DNA from: Thalia democratica
Taxonomy: Eukaryota
Assembly: GCA_965202585.1 (NCBI GenBank)
Contig: OZ241826.1
Coordinates: 85,808,001 to 85,872,000 of the forward strand
Length of the DNA stretch: 64,000 nt
Direction of reading: 5' to 3'
A program made the translations under genes and the position numbers. The notes under the pieces were generated by a model that was given only the letters and a program-made list of their open reading frames with translations, ran no database searches and had not been told where the DNA came from. Of the stretch, positions 11,486-23,422 are shown piece by piece. The stretch's first letter is position 1. Each line of letters starts with the position of its first letter.

Positions 11486-14400
11486 TTAGTAATTTTTTGT
11501 GACAAGGTCTTCATATGGACGGAATAAATTAACATGCTTTTCATAGTGTTTTCTAGTTTCTGTTGACAGATATTGCTGTTCGTTTGGAGACTTAACTTTT
11601 AGCTTTTGGTTAGTTTCCGTACCACAACTAAATTGCTGTTCAGTAACATCCGTTATTTTCGCGCTGTTCCTATTCTTTGTAACATCTTCATAACGCCTCT
11701 GCTTTGCAGGTGGAGTCATTTGATCGTAAGAAAACGTACTTTGTCCTGGGAAAATGTTACCTTGCGAACATTGTTGCATTAACGGGTTGAACTCGATTGA
11801 GGTGCTGTTAAGTCCAAAATTACGATTTAATGTTTCGAGATTGTAAAGGCTCTTTCTGATTGGACCACCAGTAATAACTTTTTTGCTCTGACTGGTTGCT
11901 GTCAGCATCGGAAAAGTTATTTGCTGATAATTGACAAAATTAGGAAGGCCACTAGAGGGCGTTGTTCGCTTCTTTGTCGTTGATTGGTCGTTAATTTTAT
12001 CATGTGTCTTCATATGGGACTTGAGGTTGTCCTTTCGGACGGAACTGTAGTCACAGTGGGGACATTTGTGGTCCTTTTTACCCAGATGAATGCGCATATG
12101 ACGATGAAAATGATATAGTCTGAAAAATTAACTTATCAAGTATTAAAATACAACGTTTTATTTTTTGTTAAAGTTCATAGTATTTTACTTAGTTTTTTAT
12201 ATGAATAAAAAAAACAATTTTTAAACAGTTAACCATGAATTACTACGATTAAGTATGTTTATAGTTAAAAGATTAAACAGTTTTTACCTTTTTATTCGTT
12301 TTTCACACAGTGGACACTTTATGTACATACTTTCGGGATCTCTGCCTCTCATTTCTTCTTTGACCTGATTAACTATCAATTCAGCCTGTTTTTCAGTAAC
12401 GATTATTTGATAATTTGTTGAAGATGTACTCCCCAGAGGTAAACTCGGATAACTCGACGGTTTGTAAGTTTTTGGTAGACTAATAGAAATTACATCTGAA
12501 GACTTGTTACTAATTGGAGTTCCCAAATTATTTGAATTTCTATCTGACGAACTAGTTTTATTTCTATTAGAGAAGTCTGCAGTCATAGCTTGTATGTGTT
12601 CGATTTCTTTTTTATTCTTCGTAGTTGGTGTAAATTTTGTACTTGTAGTTTTATTATGTTTATGATAAACTTTTTTTAATGAACTAAACAGTTCTTCCTG
12701 ACTAGACTTTTTGGGAATAGCTTTACCTCCAATGTTTGTAGTAGCATTACTTTTTGCGTTCATATTTGTCCCAAGTTTATGTTCAGATTGATAAAACCTG
12801 TTGTTTGTCTTGTTCCAAAGGTTAAACATGTTTTGGTTGCACTTAACATTCTGAAAGTTTTGTTGAGGTATTATATAGTCACTGAAATTTTGTTGACTAT
12901 GCATAAACCGTCTTTGTCTTAAGTTGTTTTGTGCCATCATGTATGCTGCATATATTAATTGTTGTCTTCTTTGATTATAGAAACTATTAAGATAAGCCCA
13001 TTTCAATTGTCTTTCGTACAAAGCTTGCATTCTTTCTAAACTGTTTGGTTCTTTGCTCATGTACAAAAACGGTTTAGCCAATGAAAACTGCTGTAATTCT
13101 TCTGTTCGCAAATAAAAATTGTATGTTTGTTGATAACTTTGTTGTTTTTGCTGTGTTTTTAGTAAGATTTTTCTTGCTTCATCTTTTGAAATATTTACGT
13201 GCTTCGTTGAAACAAATTTAGTTTGATCTGAAGTATAAAAAACCGCTAGTTTGTTGATATAATGTTTATTTTTTTACAGTATTTTGTACATTTTAACATG
13301 GGAAAAAGAAGACTCTTATAATTGCATTATAGAAAATAATAAAAACAACTTTTATTTTTTAGAATAATTAGTAACTTTAGTGAATTACTTAGGAACATAT
13401 TATATTGTATATTATATATTATATTATTTTTACTCTAACAAAATTATTAACGTAAGATAAACAAATTAAGACTTAAATATATTTATTTTATTGCTTGAAT
13501 TTATAAAAAAAAATTACAGCTAGAACATGTTTTAACTTTCTTTTTATTATTACACTGTAAACATTATCTTAAATGTAAAAATTAATTTAAAATTTAAAAA
13601 CAGTATCTTAACAGTATCTTCAGAGCTAAACTATTTCATTTAATTTTATATACAAATTACTGTACTCTAAAAAACAGAAATATTAAATGTTAACAAAAAT
13701 GTTAAGCGTTTATCTAACCTTGAAATTTGGGTGAAGCTTTTTTATCGTTGTCATTAATGATAGGTTTTTTCATCAGTTCTTTGTGTGTTAAGTTATTAAA
13801 GTTTAACTGTAAAACAAATTAAGTTTATTTTTTATTATTTAAGACCACTTGGTTTCTTAAATCATTAACAAACCTCTGCTACTGTTTAAGTTCTGCATTA
13901 AAATCACGTTTGCTTAAACTCTTAGAGTTACAATTAAAATTAAATTATTGTTTTTCTGAAATAAGAAAAACAACAAACCTTAGGTTCAATTTTAGTTTCG
14001 GTCTTTAATTGTTCCCGACTACATTTTGACGTCATTTCTATTTCCTTATTTGTGACGCAATTTTTTGATGACGTCACACTTTTGACTTCTGGCCTACTTA
14101 AAAAAGATCCCGTTTCAGAGATTTGATTTTCAGGTAAGGAAGTTTTATCTGAAAAACATTATGACGTAACTAATATATTTCGTTAAAATACTTCGTAAAA
14201 GTAATACATATTTTATTAAATATCGTCTAGTATATTAATTTGGTGTTTTCCAAATATTATTTTAAATGTCATTATTATCTTTAAAGTAGCCGAAGGTTTG
14301 ATTATAAACATTTCAAGTGGGATAAATACCCGTTCTTAAGATGTCGGGCCGAATGTTTACGTAAGTTTTTTTTTTTCTAATTCTCAAGTAAAATAGTGTA

Positions 14401-16437
14401 AAAAAAATAATTAAAATACTTTTAACTTCAAATAGAAAAAGCTAAAACAGAAACTTTATAAGCAGTGATATTTAACTTTGAAACAATGCTATTCTGAAAC
14501 AACAGTATTTTAGGAAAGTTTATAATAAATAAAAATATAATTCCAGAAACAATAATTCTTATAATAAACAACTGATTACTATAAACGTACTAAATTTATT
14601 AAATCAATTGCAATTAGTCAACTTAAAGTTTTCATTCTAGATGCTATATATTTTATCATTCAAAAAAATACTGTGATTCCAAAATAAAACAAAGTTTATA
14701 ATTAAGTCATTTAAATAAAATGAAAAATAACTTTATTTTCTGACAACACAATCTTTTTGTTAAATGTTACTGTTTTTATACAGTTCAAGTATTTTGAAGG
14801 TAATTAAAATGTATAACGGAAATACAAACATAGGTTATAAGCAAACACCTGGTAAAAATTTATTTGATGGGAAAAACAATTTAAAGCATCATTAACTACG
14901 TAATTTACAAATAAAATTAGCAAACGGGAGTTATGTTCCTAACTTTAAATTTTTAGATGCATTTATCTGACTTTTGTATCTACTTAAAAAGTGGTAAACA
15001 GTTTTGTACTAAAACTTTTACATAGTTAAACTAATGATTGTTTTGAAAAACGTAGAAATACATGTATACTTTTTTAAGTATTTTCAGGAAACTTAGAAAA
15101 AACATGAGAAACATTGTGTAATAAGCTTCGTTATTTTAAATTTAAAAGCTGCATACCTTAGCAATGATAAAATAACAACTTTAATATTTTCGTAAGTAGT
15201 CTGTTTATTAAACGGAGTTTTATGTTTTAAGTATAATTTTTTCTTTACTTATTTGTAAACCATTATAGTGTTTTGAAAACAATTAAAAACGCAATAACAT
15301 AAAAATATAAAAAAAAGCCGTTTTGAAAGTTTGATTGAAATATTTCAGCGCTTAGTGGAACATTTTTGTATACAAGTTATAAAAAACATCGGCCGGTACT
15401 ACATAGTTAAACCTTATTTTTCACATAGTTTTTTTTTTATAATTAGAACATTACAAATAAGTGCTTTTAGTAAACTAACTTAAATAAATATTTTTTACTG
15501 ATTTATATACTTTTAATATTTTTTAAAACAGCATAATTTTTTAATATACGACAACTCGTTAAATATAGAATATTGATTTGCACAGATAAAAATAATAAAG
15601 AAATGTCAAATATCTATTTTCCTCCCAGCAAACAAATGTCTGTAAATTAGAAGCAACTTTTATAAGGTGTCTCAAAAACTTATTTCATTGTCAATTTGTC
15701 TAACAAAGTACTTGTGAAATTTAGCTATGTAAGCCCTCGAGCTTAATTCAAGTTTTTTAAGAAATTTTAGCAAAGAAACTTATTTCATAAAACAAAGATT
15801 TTTACAGTTTACATATCTTCTTTTTTGAATTTTTAAGCTATAATTGAAAATCGTATCTTAAGTTTTTATTAAGAATCTTTGTTTAAAAAGATCTTTAGAA
15901 AAAATGTTTAAAATGTTGATTTATATTAAAAATATTGAAAATGACTGTTTTCGTTTCACTACAAAAACTTTATTTTTAGTAATAACTGCGAACTTTTTTA
16001 TAAACTTCTTCAACTCCCTTTCTTTAAAGTAAAATCTTAATATAAACTTTAAACAGTTCTTTAAAAAGTAATCTAAAAATAATGTAAAGTTAAAATTCCA
16101 AATACATTATTTTTAAGAAACTACATTATTTTCTTATACGGTAAATAAAATATATACTCGATAAGATTAACAAAAAATACTATAATCCATTTACAAGGAA
16201 TTTAAATAGAATTTTTTTAAACAAGGCTTACAAAATAAAAATAAGTTTAGTGAAAAATTTACCTTAAAAAAAAGATATATCTTTTTTTATTTAATAGGTT
16301 TATTTACCTGATAGCGAATTCTCGTTCAACTGTGACGTATAATGAGACAATTGATGGGGTAGATGTGACGTCATAATACAAAAATCCTGCATCAAATTTG
16401 GTATTTGTTTCGGTTGATCCTGCTTGAGTCTCGGCAT
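11486..16437 (-). CDS. ZF-B: two-finger C2H2 zinc-finger transcription factor, 653 aa; complement(join(11486..12119,12288..13227,13719..13806,13979..14148,16308..16437))
   Basis: All introns are GT-AG with compatible phases (1,0,1,2) and the frame is open. Finger 1 CPLCEKRIKR|LYHFHRHMRIH (C-x2-C-x12-H-x3-H, split by intron 4), linker LGKKD, finger 2 CPHCDYSSVRKDNLKSHMKTH. The tail contains LFRPY. Exons 1-3 were inferred from in-frame conservation across paralogues. Confidence 0.85.
14841..14910 (-). promoter_or_regulatory. Intron-1 element II in ZF-B
   Basis: Homologous to 1631-1700, about 700 bp before exon 2. Confidence 0.55.
15731..15744 (-). promoter_or_regulatory. Intron-1 element I (AAGCTCGAGGGCTT) in ZF-B
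   Basis: Exact 14-mer; no conserved reading frame or splice sites around it. Confidence 0.6.
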
Positions 16438-17761
16438 AACTAGTAAACTTTTTAGATAGACGCTATTAAAAAAAAACTTTATAAGAATAATCATTTACTA
16501 TCGAAGATCAAAACAACCAAAATATACCATGAATTTTGCTGAGTAATATAAAAAATGGCAAGCTACAGATGGTTTGTTTAACACTAAGCTTTGTTATTAG
16601 AGCTAAAAGAAATCTAAACAGTACCTATACTAGCAATTTAAAAGTAAACACTATTAAAAAAATATTGATTATTTTAATTTTAAAAGGTTTAAAATTTAGT
16701 TATTGAATATTAAAACTTCGAGTTACGCAAAAACTGAACATTTAAGTCAGCTAATGCTTGGTTAAAAAGTTCCAACTGAAATCTCAAGCGACAAACGATG
16801 TTAAAAATTTTGAGAGAACAAAAAAAAAAGCAAACTTCTTTTTGTTAGCTCTCTCTAGCACCATAAATGGCTAGAGTAGAAATTTATGTTATGGCCAAAC
16901 ATTATAGATTTTAATTAAAAGGTATGAAATAGTTTATTATAACATAAGCACTCTTCTATCTTTTTTAATAGTTTCTACACTATTTCTTTGAAATAAAATA
17001 AAAAAATAAATCACTAATAATAACAAACACTTATACATAGCTTAGTTATAATACGATTATAAAAACCCTTTCGTATTATTAATAAACTAAGCTAAAAAAT
17101 TAAATTGCTTTATTCTAAGCAAAAAAATAAACTTTAAGTAATGATGAACAAAATAATAGTTTTAAAAAGTTTAAACTGAAGCTTTATATAGATAGATAAA
17201 TATTAAGAACTTGTTTATTTAGTTAGTTTAATCCTTAAAATTCAATTATAAAATAGTTAACATACTCAATTAGCTTTTACGACTAATTTGTCTTATTTTA
17301 TTACTAGAAGCATTGAACCCCTAAATATTTTTTACTAACTATAATATTTATGAGCAATGATTTAAACAGAATCTAAAACTAATTATGACTTTTTCTAATA
17401 ACTTAAAAAAAAATGAATGTAGAAAATATTTTATTAAATCATTTATTTTACTTCTTTTGAGCTTTTAGTTCTTATAAACTTTACACTGTTAATTCATTGT
17501 TTATCTAATCGTCAATTGCAAATAACAAATAAATGCTTATGACAGTTTAGAAACTAGGTTGGTATCTGCTTAAGAACTGAAAACAGAAAAACAAGACTAA
17601 AATTTTATAGTAACTTAAATGTAAATTTTAAATCTAGTTAAATCTAGTAGTTCAAAAGTAAAATGAGTAATATCCTCAAAAATTCATTTAGAATAAACTA
17701 AGATTTAATTTCTTTATTACATACACTAACTAAAATATAAAGCAAAAGCTAGTTCAAAACA

Positions 17762-17800
17762 AAACGTAAACTAGCACCTCAGTGCTATTTGTCATTTATT
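17762..17800 (-). promoter_or_regulatory. Upstream conserved element with palindrome TAGCAC-CTCA-GTGCTA (ZF-B)
   Basis: Perfect 6-4-6 inverted repeat at 17772-17787 followed by TTTGTCATTT. Confidence 0.5.
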
Positions 17801-20800
17801 ACTAATTCTTACTGGTTAGGCACATAAACTGCTAATGTATGGTAAAATAGTTGCTCATTCTAAAACATACTATTTTAAATTTCAACCCTAAGACTGTTAC
17901 CATAATTTGTTAAAAATTTCATATTTCTATTTTAATTCATATTATTTCAAATACTCAAAACTCAAATATGCTTAAACAACTAATCTCTTTATTTGAATGA
18001 GATTTTACACGTCTCTAAAATAAATAAAATTTAAACATGGTTTACAGAAAAAATTAGTTTAAGCCAAAGAAACTATGTTTAAACATTAAATACACCTTTC
18101 GGTTCTTTGTTTTATAAAACATCTGCAAAAGAACACAACAGTTAATAATATGTTTTAAAACAAGTAACCTAGACTTCACTAATAATAAATTAATATATGC
18201 TTTTTTACTGTTTTTAAAATATATTTCTATTGTTAGAATGTGGTTTAAAGATTATCCCTTTTTAAAATCAAACTTCCTTAATTGATGTTTTATTTTTCAA
18301 GTCTTTTATATAGTTTATAGACCTATTGTTTAAGAGATTTCATACAATTTAGAAAAATATTAATCGCATAACACCAAACCGCTTATTACCAAACAAAACC
18401 GTTTTATTAATCTGTTTCCCTTTTAATGCTGTAACACTAAAAGTAAAGTGTGTTTATTTCCACTTATTTATTTGCTGTATATAATTTCAAGTTTTGTTAA
18501 GAATTTCAAAAATAATAGATAGAATAAATTTGAACGGAATGTTTTATTTAGAATTAATAAATTTATATAGTTTTTCTATTTAAATTTTTCACTTTATGTT
18601 TTATTTAAAATTATCAAAGCTCTACAAACGTTTTAGTATTATTTTTATTTTAATTTTTTGAATAATAAAAATCTAAGGAAATTTTGATTACATTGTTAAA
18701 AAAAATTTGTTGTATCACGTAAATTGACAAATTTAGTACGTGAGGTTTTTTTCTAAACAAAGTAAACCGCAGGCTATTCAAAATTTTACTTTTCGACTAA
18801 TTAAGAACGATTATAAGAATGCTATTGTTTAAAACCCGTAGCTTTTAGCAAAAAAACTAAAGATTATATTAATCAAAAAAAAAAAAACGTTATTTTTGTT
18901 TAGAACCCATTTTAATATTTTCACATTCAGTTGCAAAAATAAACGACGTTGAAAAAATTTGAGAATAGTTTGTTTATTGAAGATTTTTTTAATACCAAAT
19001 TAGAAGGTTTTTTTATAGTTTTAACATATTTTATTTACGCAGGTTTTCACACTTTATTAAAAGCTTTGCTTATTCTATTTGCAGAAAACAGCTGTTTTGA
19101 CAACTTAAAAGTTACAATAAGACAAAAAATTAAGTCAAGAAATTGTACAATTAATAAGATAAGTAAAATATTTAAAGGTACAGATTTTTAAAAACTTGAG
19201 TTATATTAGACTGAAGCTTCTAATAGCCAATCAAATATAGGTCGTTTAAAAAGTACACTACATTATCCTTATGATTTGATTAATCTTTATGGTTGCGAAC
19301 TAATAATACAATTCTTGATAAAACTAATTACAATTTCAAATGTTGATTACGTTACAACACAAAACAAATCAAGCATGTTCTAAAACAAAATGTAGTTTCA
19401 AACACCCGAATTTAGATTGTATCACCTTACGGGTAATACTTTTTCTATTTTGGTAGTGTTATAAGACCATGTTCAACACAAAAGGTAATTTTAAACAAGC
19501 TAAACTCAATATAGGTGGTTTATAATTTCGCATAAAAGTTGTAAACAAGACAAAAGGGCTGCAATTTGTTTATAGAATTTGTCAAATAACAAAGTTCAAA
19601 TTGTAATTTGCTGATGATTAATTTATAAATCCCTGTTTTATCTTTTATAAGAAATAAGTTTGTGACGAGAATACTTTAATTAAAATTACTTACCTTTAAT
19701 TAAAAACTCTAAAACATAAAAGTTGTTGACAACGACTTAGTTCTAATCTTGTTCGAATTAAGTTCCTGTAAATTTATATTTTGATAACTATTTATGTCAA
19801 GCTTAAATAAAGTTGGTCAAGTCTTTGTGTATATATATAACAAACAACCGTACAGCGCCATTTCACAAAAATTATTAGGTTGGATTATAAAATTATACAA
19901 AATTAATTTAATCATTTTAATCTTATATATTAATAACTTATTTAAACTTTTGTTTGTACGACATTTCAACACAAAGCCTTATAATAAGTTTATAAATTGT
20001 TTTTTTTTACTTAAAAGAGACAAAAACAAAAACTAATAGTGTACAAATAAAGTTTGCCAACAATATCTACACAAATTAATGTCAACACAAAAACTTTTAT
20101 AAAAAATTTACAAACTACAATCAGCTTTATCAAAAATTTATTTTTATTTTAAATACCGGTGTTTGTTAGGGAAATTTTCAAAAAAAGCTTTAAAGGTCAA
20201 TCACATCTTTTTTAGCCTACTTTTTTAGTTACTTTCGAGGTAAAATTAGCAAGTTGCAAACAAAGTTTGTCTAATAAAATGTTTGTTTCTTGCTTAAACT
20301 CAAGTAACTATTTTATTGTGTCGAAGAGTCATTAAAGAAATGATTTTTAAAGGTCTGTTTGAGATAGTATTGAAGATATAAATAAAATAAAATTCAAATA
20401 CTTTTACTATTTGATTAAAAAAAAAACAATACCCGAACTTTTTCTAATGAATAAAAAAAAACACTTAAAAATTTTACTTATTAGTTAAAATGGAGTGCAA
20501 TTCAAACTTTACAATTTTTTTACATTTTAATGTATAATTTTCATATAAGTACAATGTTAGTTGCTATCTTCAGTTTACAAAAAATGACTATCTTTTCAAT
20601 AAATTACCAAAGGCTATTTCTAAAAAATTTTTTTTGTAATTACGTGTACATATTCATTTTACTTTAAGGATTTTTAAAAACCTCAAGTCCTAAGATAAAG
20701 GCAATTAATTATTTATATTTTGTGGAAAAACAGGTGTTGCTACAAATTCTTTCCTAAAAATTATAATGGTGTGATAAATTTTATTACAGAAGATAAAACT

Positions 20801-23422
20801 TCCGTTATTGCATTTTTTAGGCTTTCCAATAAAAATTTGATAAATGTAAAATTTTGTAATTTAGTTTAAAAGGTTTTATAAAACGTTTTAAAATAAAATA
20901 GAAAGTAACAACCCAAAAACAAATCTTTTTTTTTTTTACATGATTACTTATTGTAAAATTAAATGTTTTTGTTATTATTTAAATATATTTTTAAACCAAC
21001 GCAGTTTATTAAACAAAGGTATAGTGATTATTTTATTTCAGATGTTGTTTTATGAAGTTTGATATTTTTAACAACTGTTTTAATGTATTTTTGCTATTTT
21101 AAATAAAAAACTATATGTTTGTGATGAATTTTATAGTTAAGTATCTACTAAAAAGACAAATATTCAGATCAAAGGTTTTAGACATATTATTATATATATT
21201 ATGCTTCAAGTCATTTAAATTAAAAAAAAATGTTTAAATATTAACTTGATTTGTATTATATTATAGAAGAATTAACCATTTTTATGGTTACATACTTTTG
21301 TTCTTTTTTTAACAAAATATATAGTAGGTCTGAAATATATATATTTTATTATTATCACAAATATTATCCTAAATTGCAATAACTAAACTTTTATTAATAA
21401 AAGCAAAAGTAACAAACAAACTTTAACGAGTTAGTTCATTAATGCTCTTTGCTTTGTGAGTGTTATACATTATCAAACCAAAAGGTAAAATTATAAATTT
21501 TAACAAGGTAACAAAAATCTCAGTTTATAAATAAGTCAAGGTAGACTGTCACTTTTAATAAACAAACTGTCACTTAGTCGTAAATATTTTGAGTTTTACA
21601 AATAAAATGTATCAAAAAAGCCGGTTAGTTCAAGCAATCAAGTTTTAAATGTTGATTTTTTTTTAATATTTTATTTAAAACATACAACAGTATTTTTATG
21701 TTTTTATTTAGCTCTAATACGTTAAAAAAAAATTATTAATATAAATTAACTAATAATGTTATAATGATTTAGATTTTTAAATCACTTTAAGTATGCCAAC
21801 ATTGTCTTGACTTTGCTTAATTGAAAATATAACAATAGGTTAAATAGGTATTTTTGATTAAAATGCTTGAAACTTGTTCGAATAGGTATAAACATACACA
21901 AAATAATAAAGATTCAAACCAAAAAACAAGCATCCAAAACCGTAAATAATGTTATATGTTTTAAAAGTTTTGAAAAACTCATAAAAATTTTTTACAGCTG
22001 TGAAGCTTAACGTCAGAACTCAAGTACAAATGCACTTAAAAAACAACTTATAACTAGTTGAAATACTAAGTTTAACCACGTTTGATCAATGAAGCCATAG
22101 GGCGTTGTAAAATAATATCAATTTAATATTTCATAGACAGTTTTATTTAATATAAATAAGTTTAAGGAGCATCTAAAACTACGACTTAAAAAAACATGAT
22201 CGATTGAATTTTTGCCACAAACATAATTTATATAAAGTATTTTAAAACTTTTGTCAACAGTTTTCAAGTTGTACAGTTACGGGTTATAACTTGAAATAGT
22301 TTGTACATTCAAATTAAAACAAATCAGTTTGTTTAAACATCTTTTAACGTTAGAATCAACAAAATTTATTTTCGTAAATTTTAGGAATAATTTTTTTTAG
22401 TTTATCAAACCTTTTATAGAAATTTTTACACTTTAAATTTATAATTAATAAAGAAGCAAAACCTTAAATATTCAAAAAATTCTCAACTTTTTTATAGATA
22501 TTTAAGTAAAAACTATTTTAAATATATGATCATTCTTAAAATTAATCAAAATTGAAAATACTAATTAAATTTTTATTTGAACTTAAAATTACCTGCTTTA
22601 GGTTTTTACAAAAAAAAGCTCAGTTGGTTTATTCTAAAAACGTTTTATAGTTAAAACCAACAAGTTAAATACCTTTTAAAACTTTTCATAGTTATTATAA
22701 GTTAATCAACATACGAGAGCAATAAAAATAAATACTATGTAGAGTTAAAAATATTTGTTTAAATCGTAACGAACCATTATATTTCTAAGAAAATTTTAAA
22801 AGTCATTAAACAGTTTTAAAACGGAGTAATTATTAAATTTCTTATTTGTGTAACAAGTTAAATAAACTGTTATAAAAAAATACACTTATAAAGTATATTG
22901 AAATACTTGGATGAGTTTTTAAAACTATATTTAGGTTTACAGTTTAAACTTTTAGTTATAAGTATAACGTTTTAGATAAAATCTACAACACTTTAATTTT
23001 AATAAGTTTATGATCATTATTGTTAGCTAACTTATCAAACAACAATGGTTTAAGTAAAAAAAAAACCAGAAAGAAAACAACAGTATTTCGGATTTTTTAT
23101 TAAAGTAAAAGTAAGTATTCAGTATACATGTTTATTTTTTAATAAACTTTAGAAAATATCACTTAGTTTGATGTTTGCATATTTGAATAACTTTCAAATC
23201 TCTTTATGAACACTAAAATAAATTTAAAATTAACTAAAAAAGAACTTTTACGGAAAACATTTTAAAGTATGTACTTAATTTACAGTACACATACAAACTT
23301 CAAAAAGTTGATTGCAGTAGTGTCAAAACGCACGTCGTAAGGTAAAACCAACTGATTAAATTAAAACTTTATCAACACAGCATAAGCAGTAAGTGGTATT
23401 AGATTAAAGCAATTTGCAAGTT

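Larger units (their letters stand above)
6500..19460 (-). repeat. Left arm of an old inverted segmental duplication (psi1 + ZF-B + upstream DNA)
   Basis: Colinear inverted anchors: 6715-6830/54915-55025, 8960-9085/52035-52175, 9910-10150/50935-51195, 10550-10620/49060-49145, ZF-B/ZF-D, 17762-17800/42455-42495, 18410-18475/41825-41885, 19020-19140/41190-41310, 19420-19440/40900-40920. End points are approximate. Confidence 0.85.

Noticed and set aside
14841-14910. Element II as a coding exon (reads VVNDALNC...)
   Set aside because: The acceptor AG is not conserved, some copies have in-frame stops, and exon 1 joins exon 2 in phase without it.
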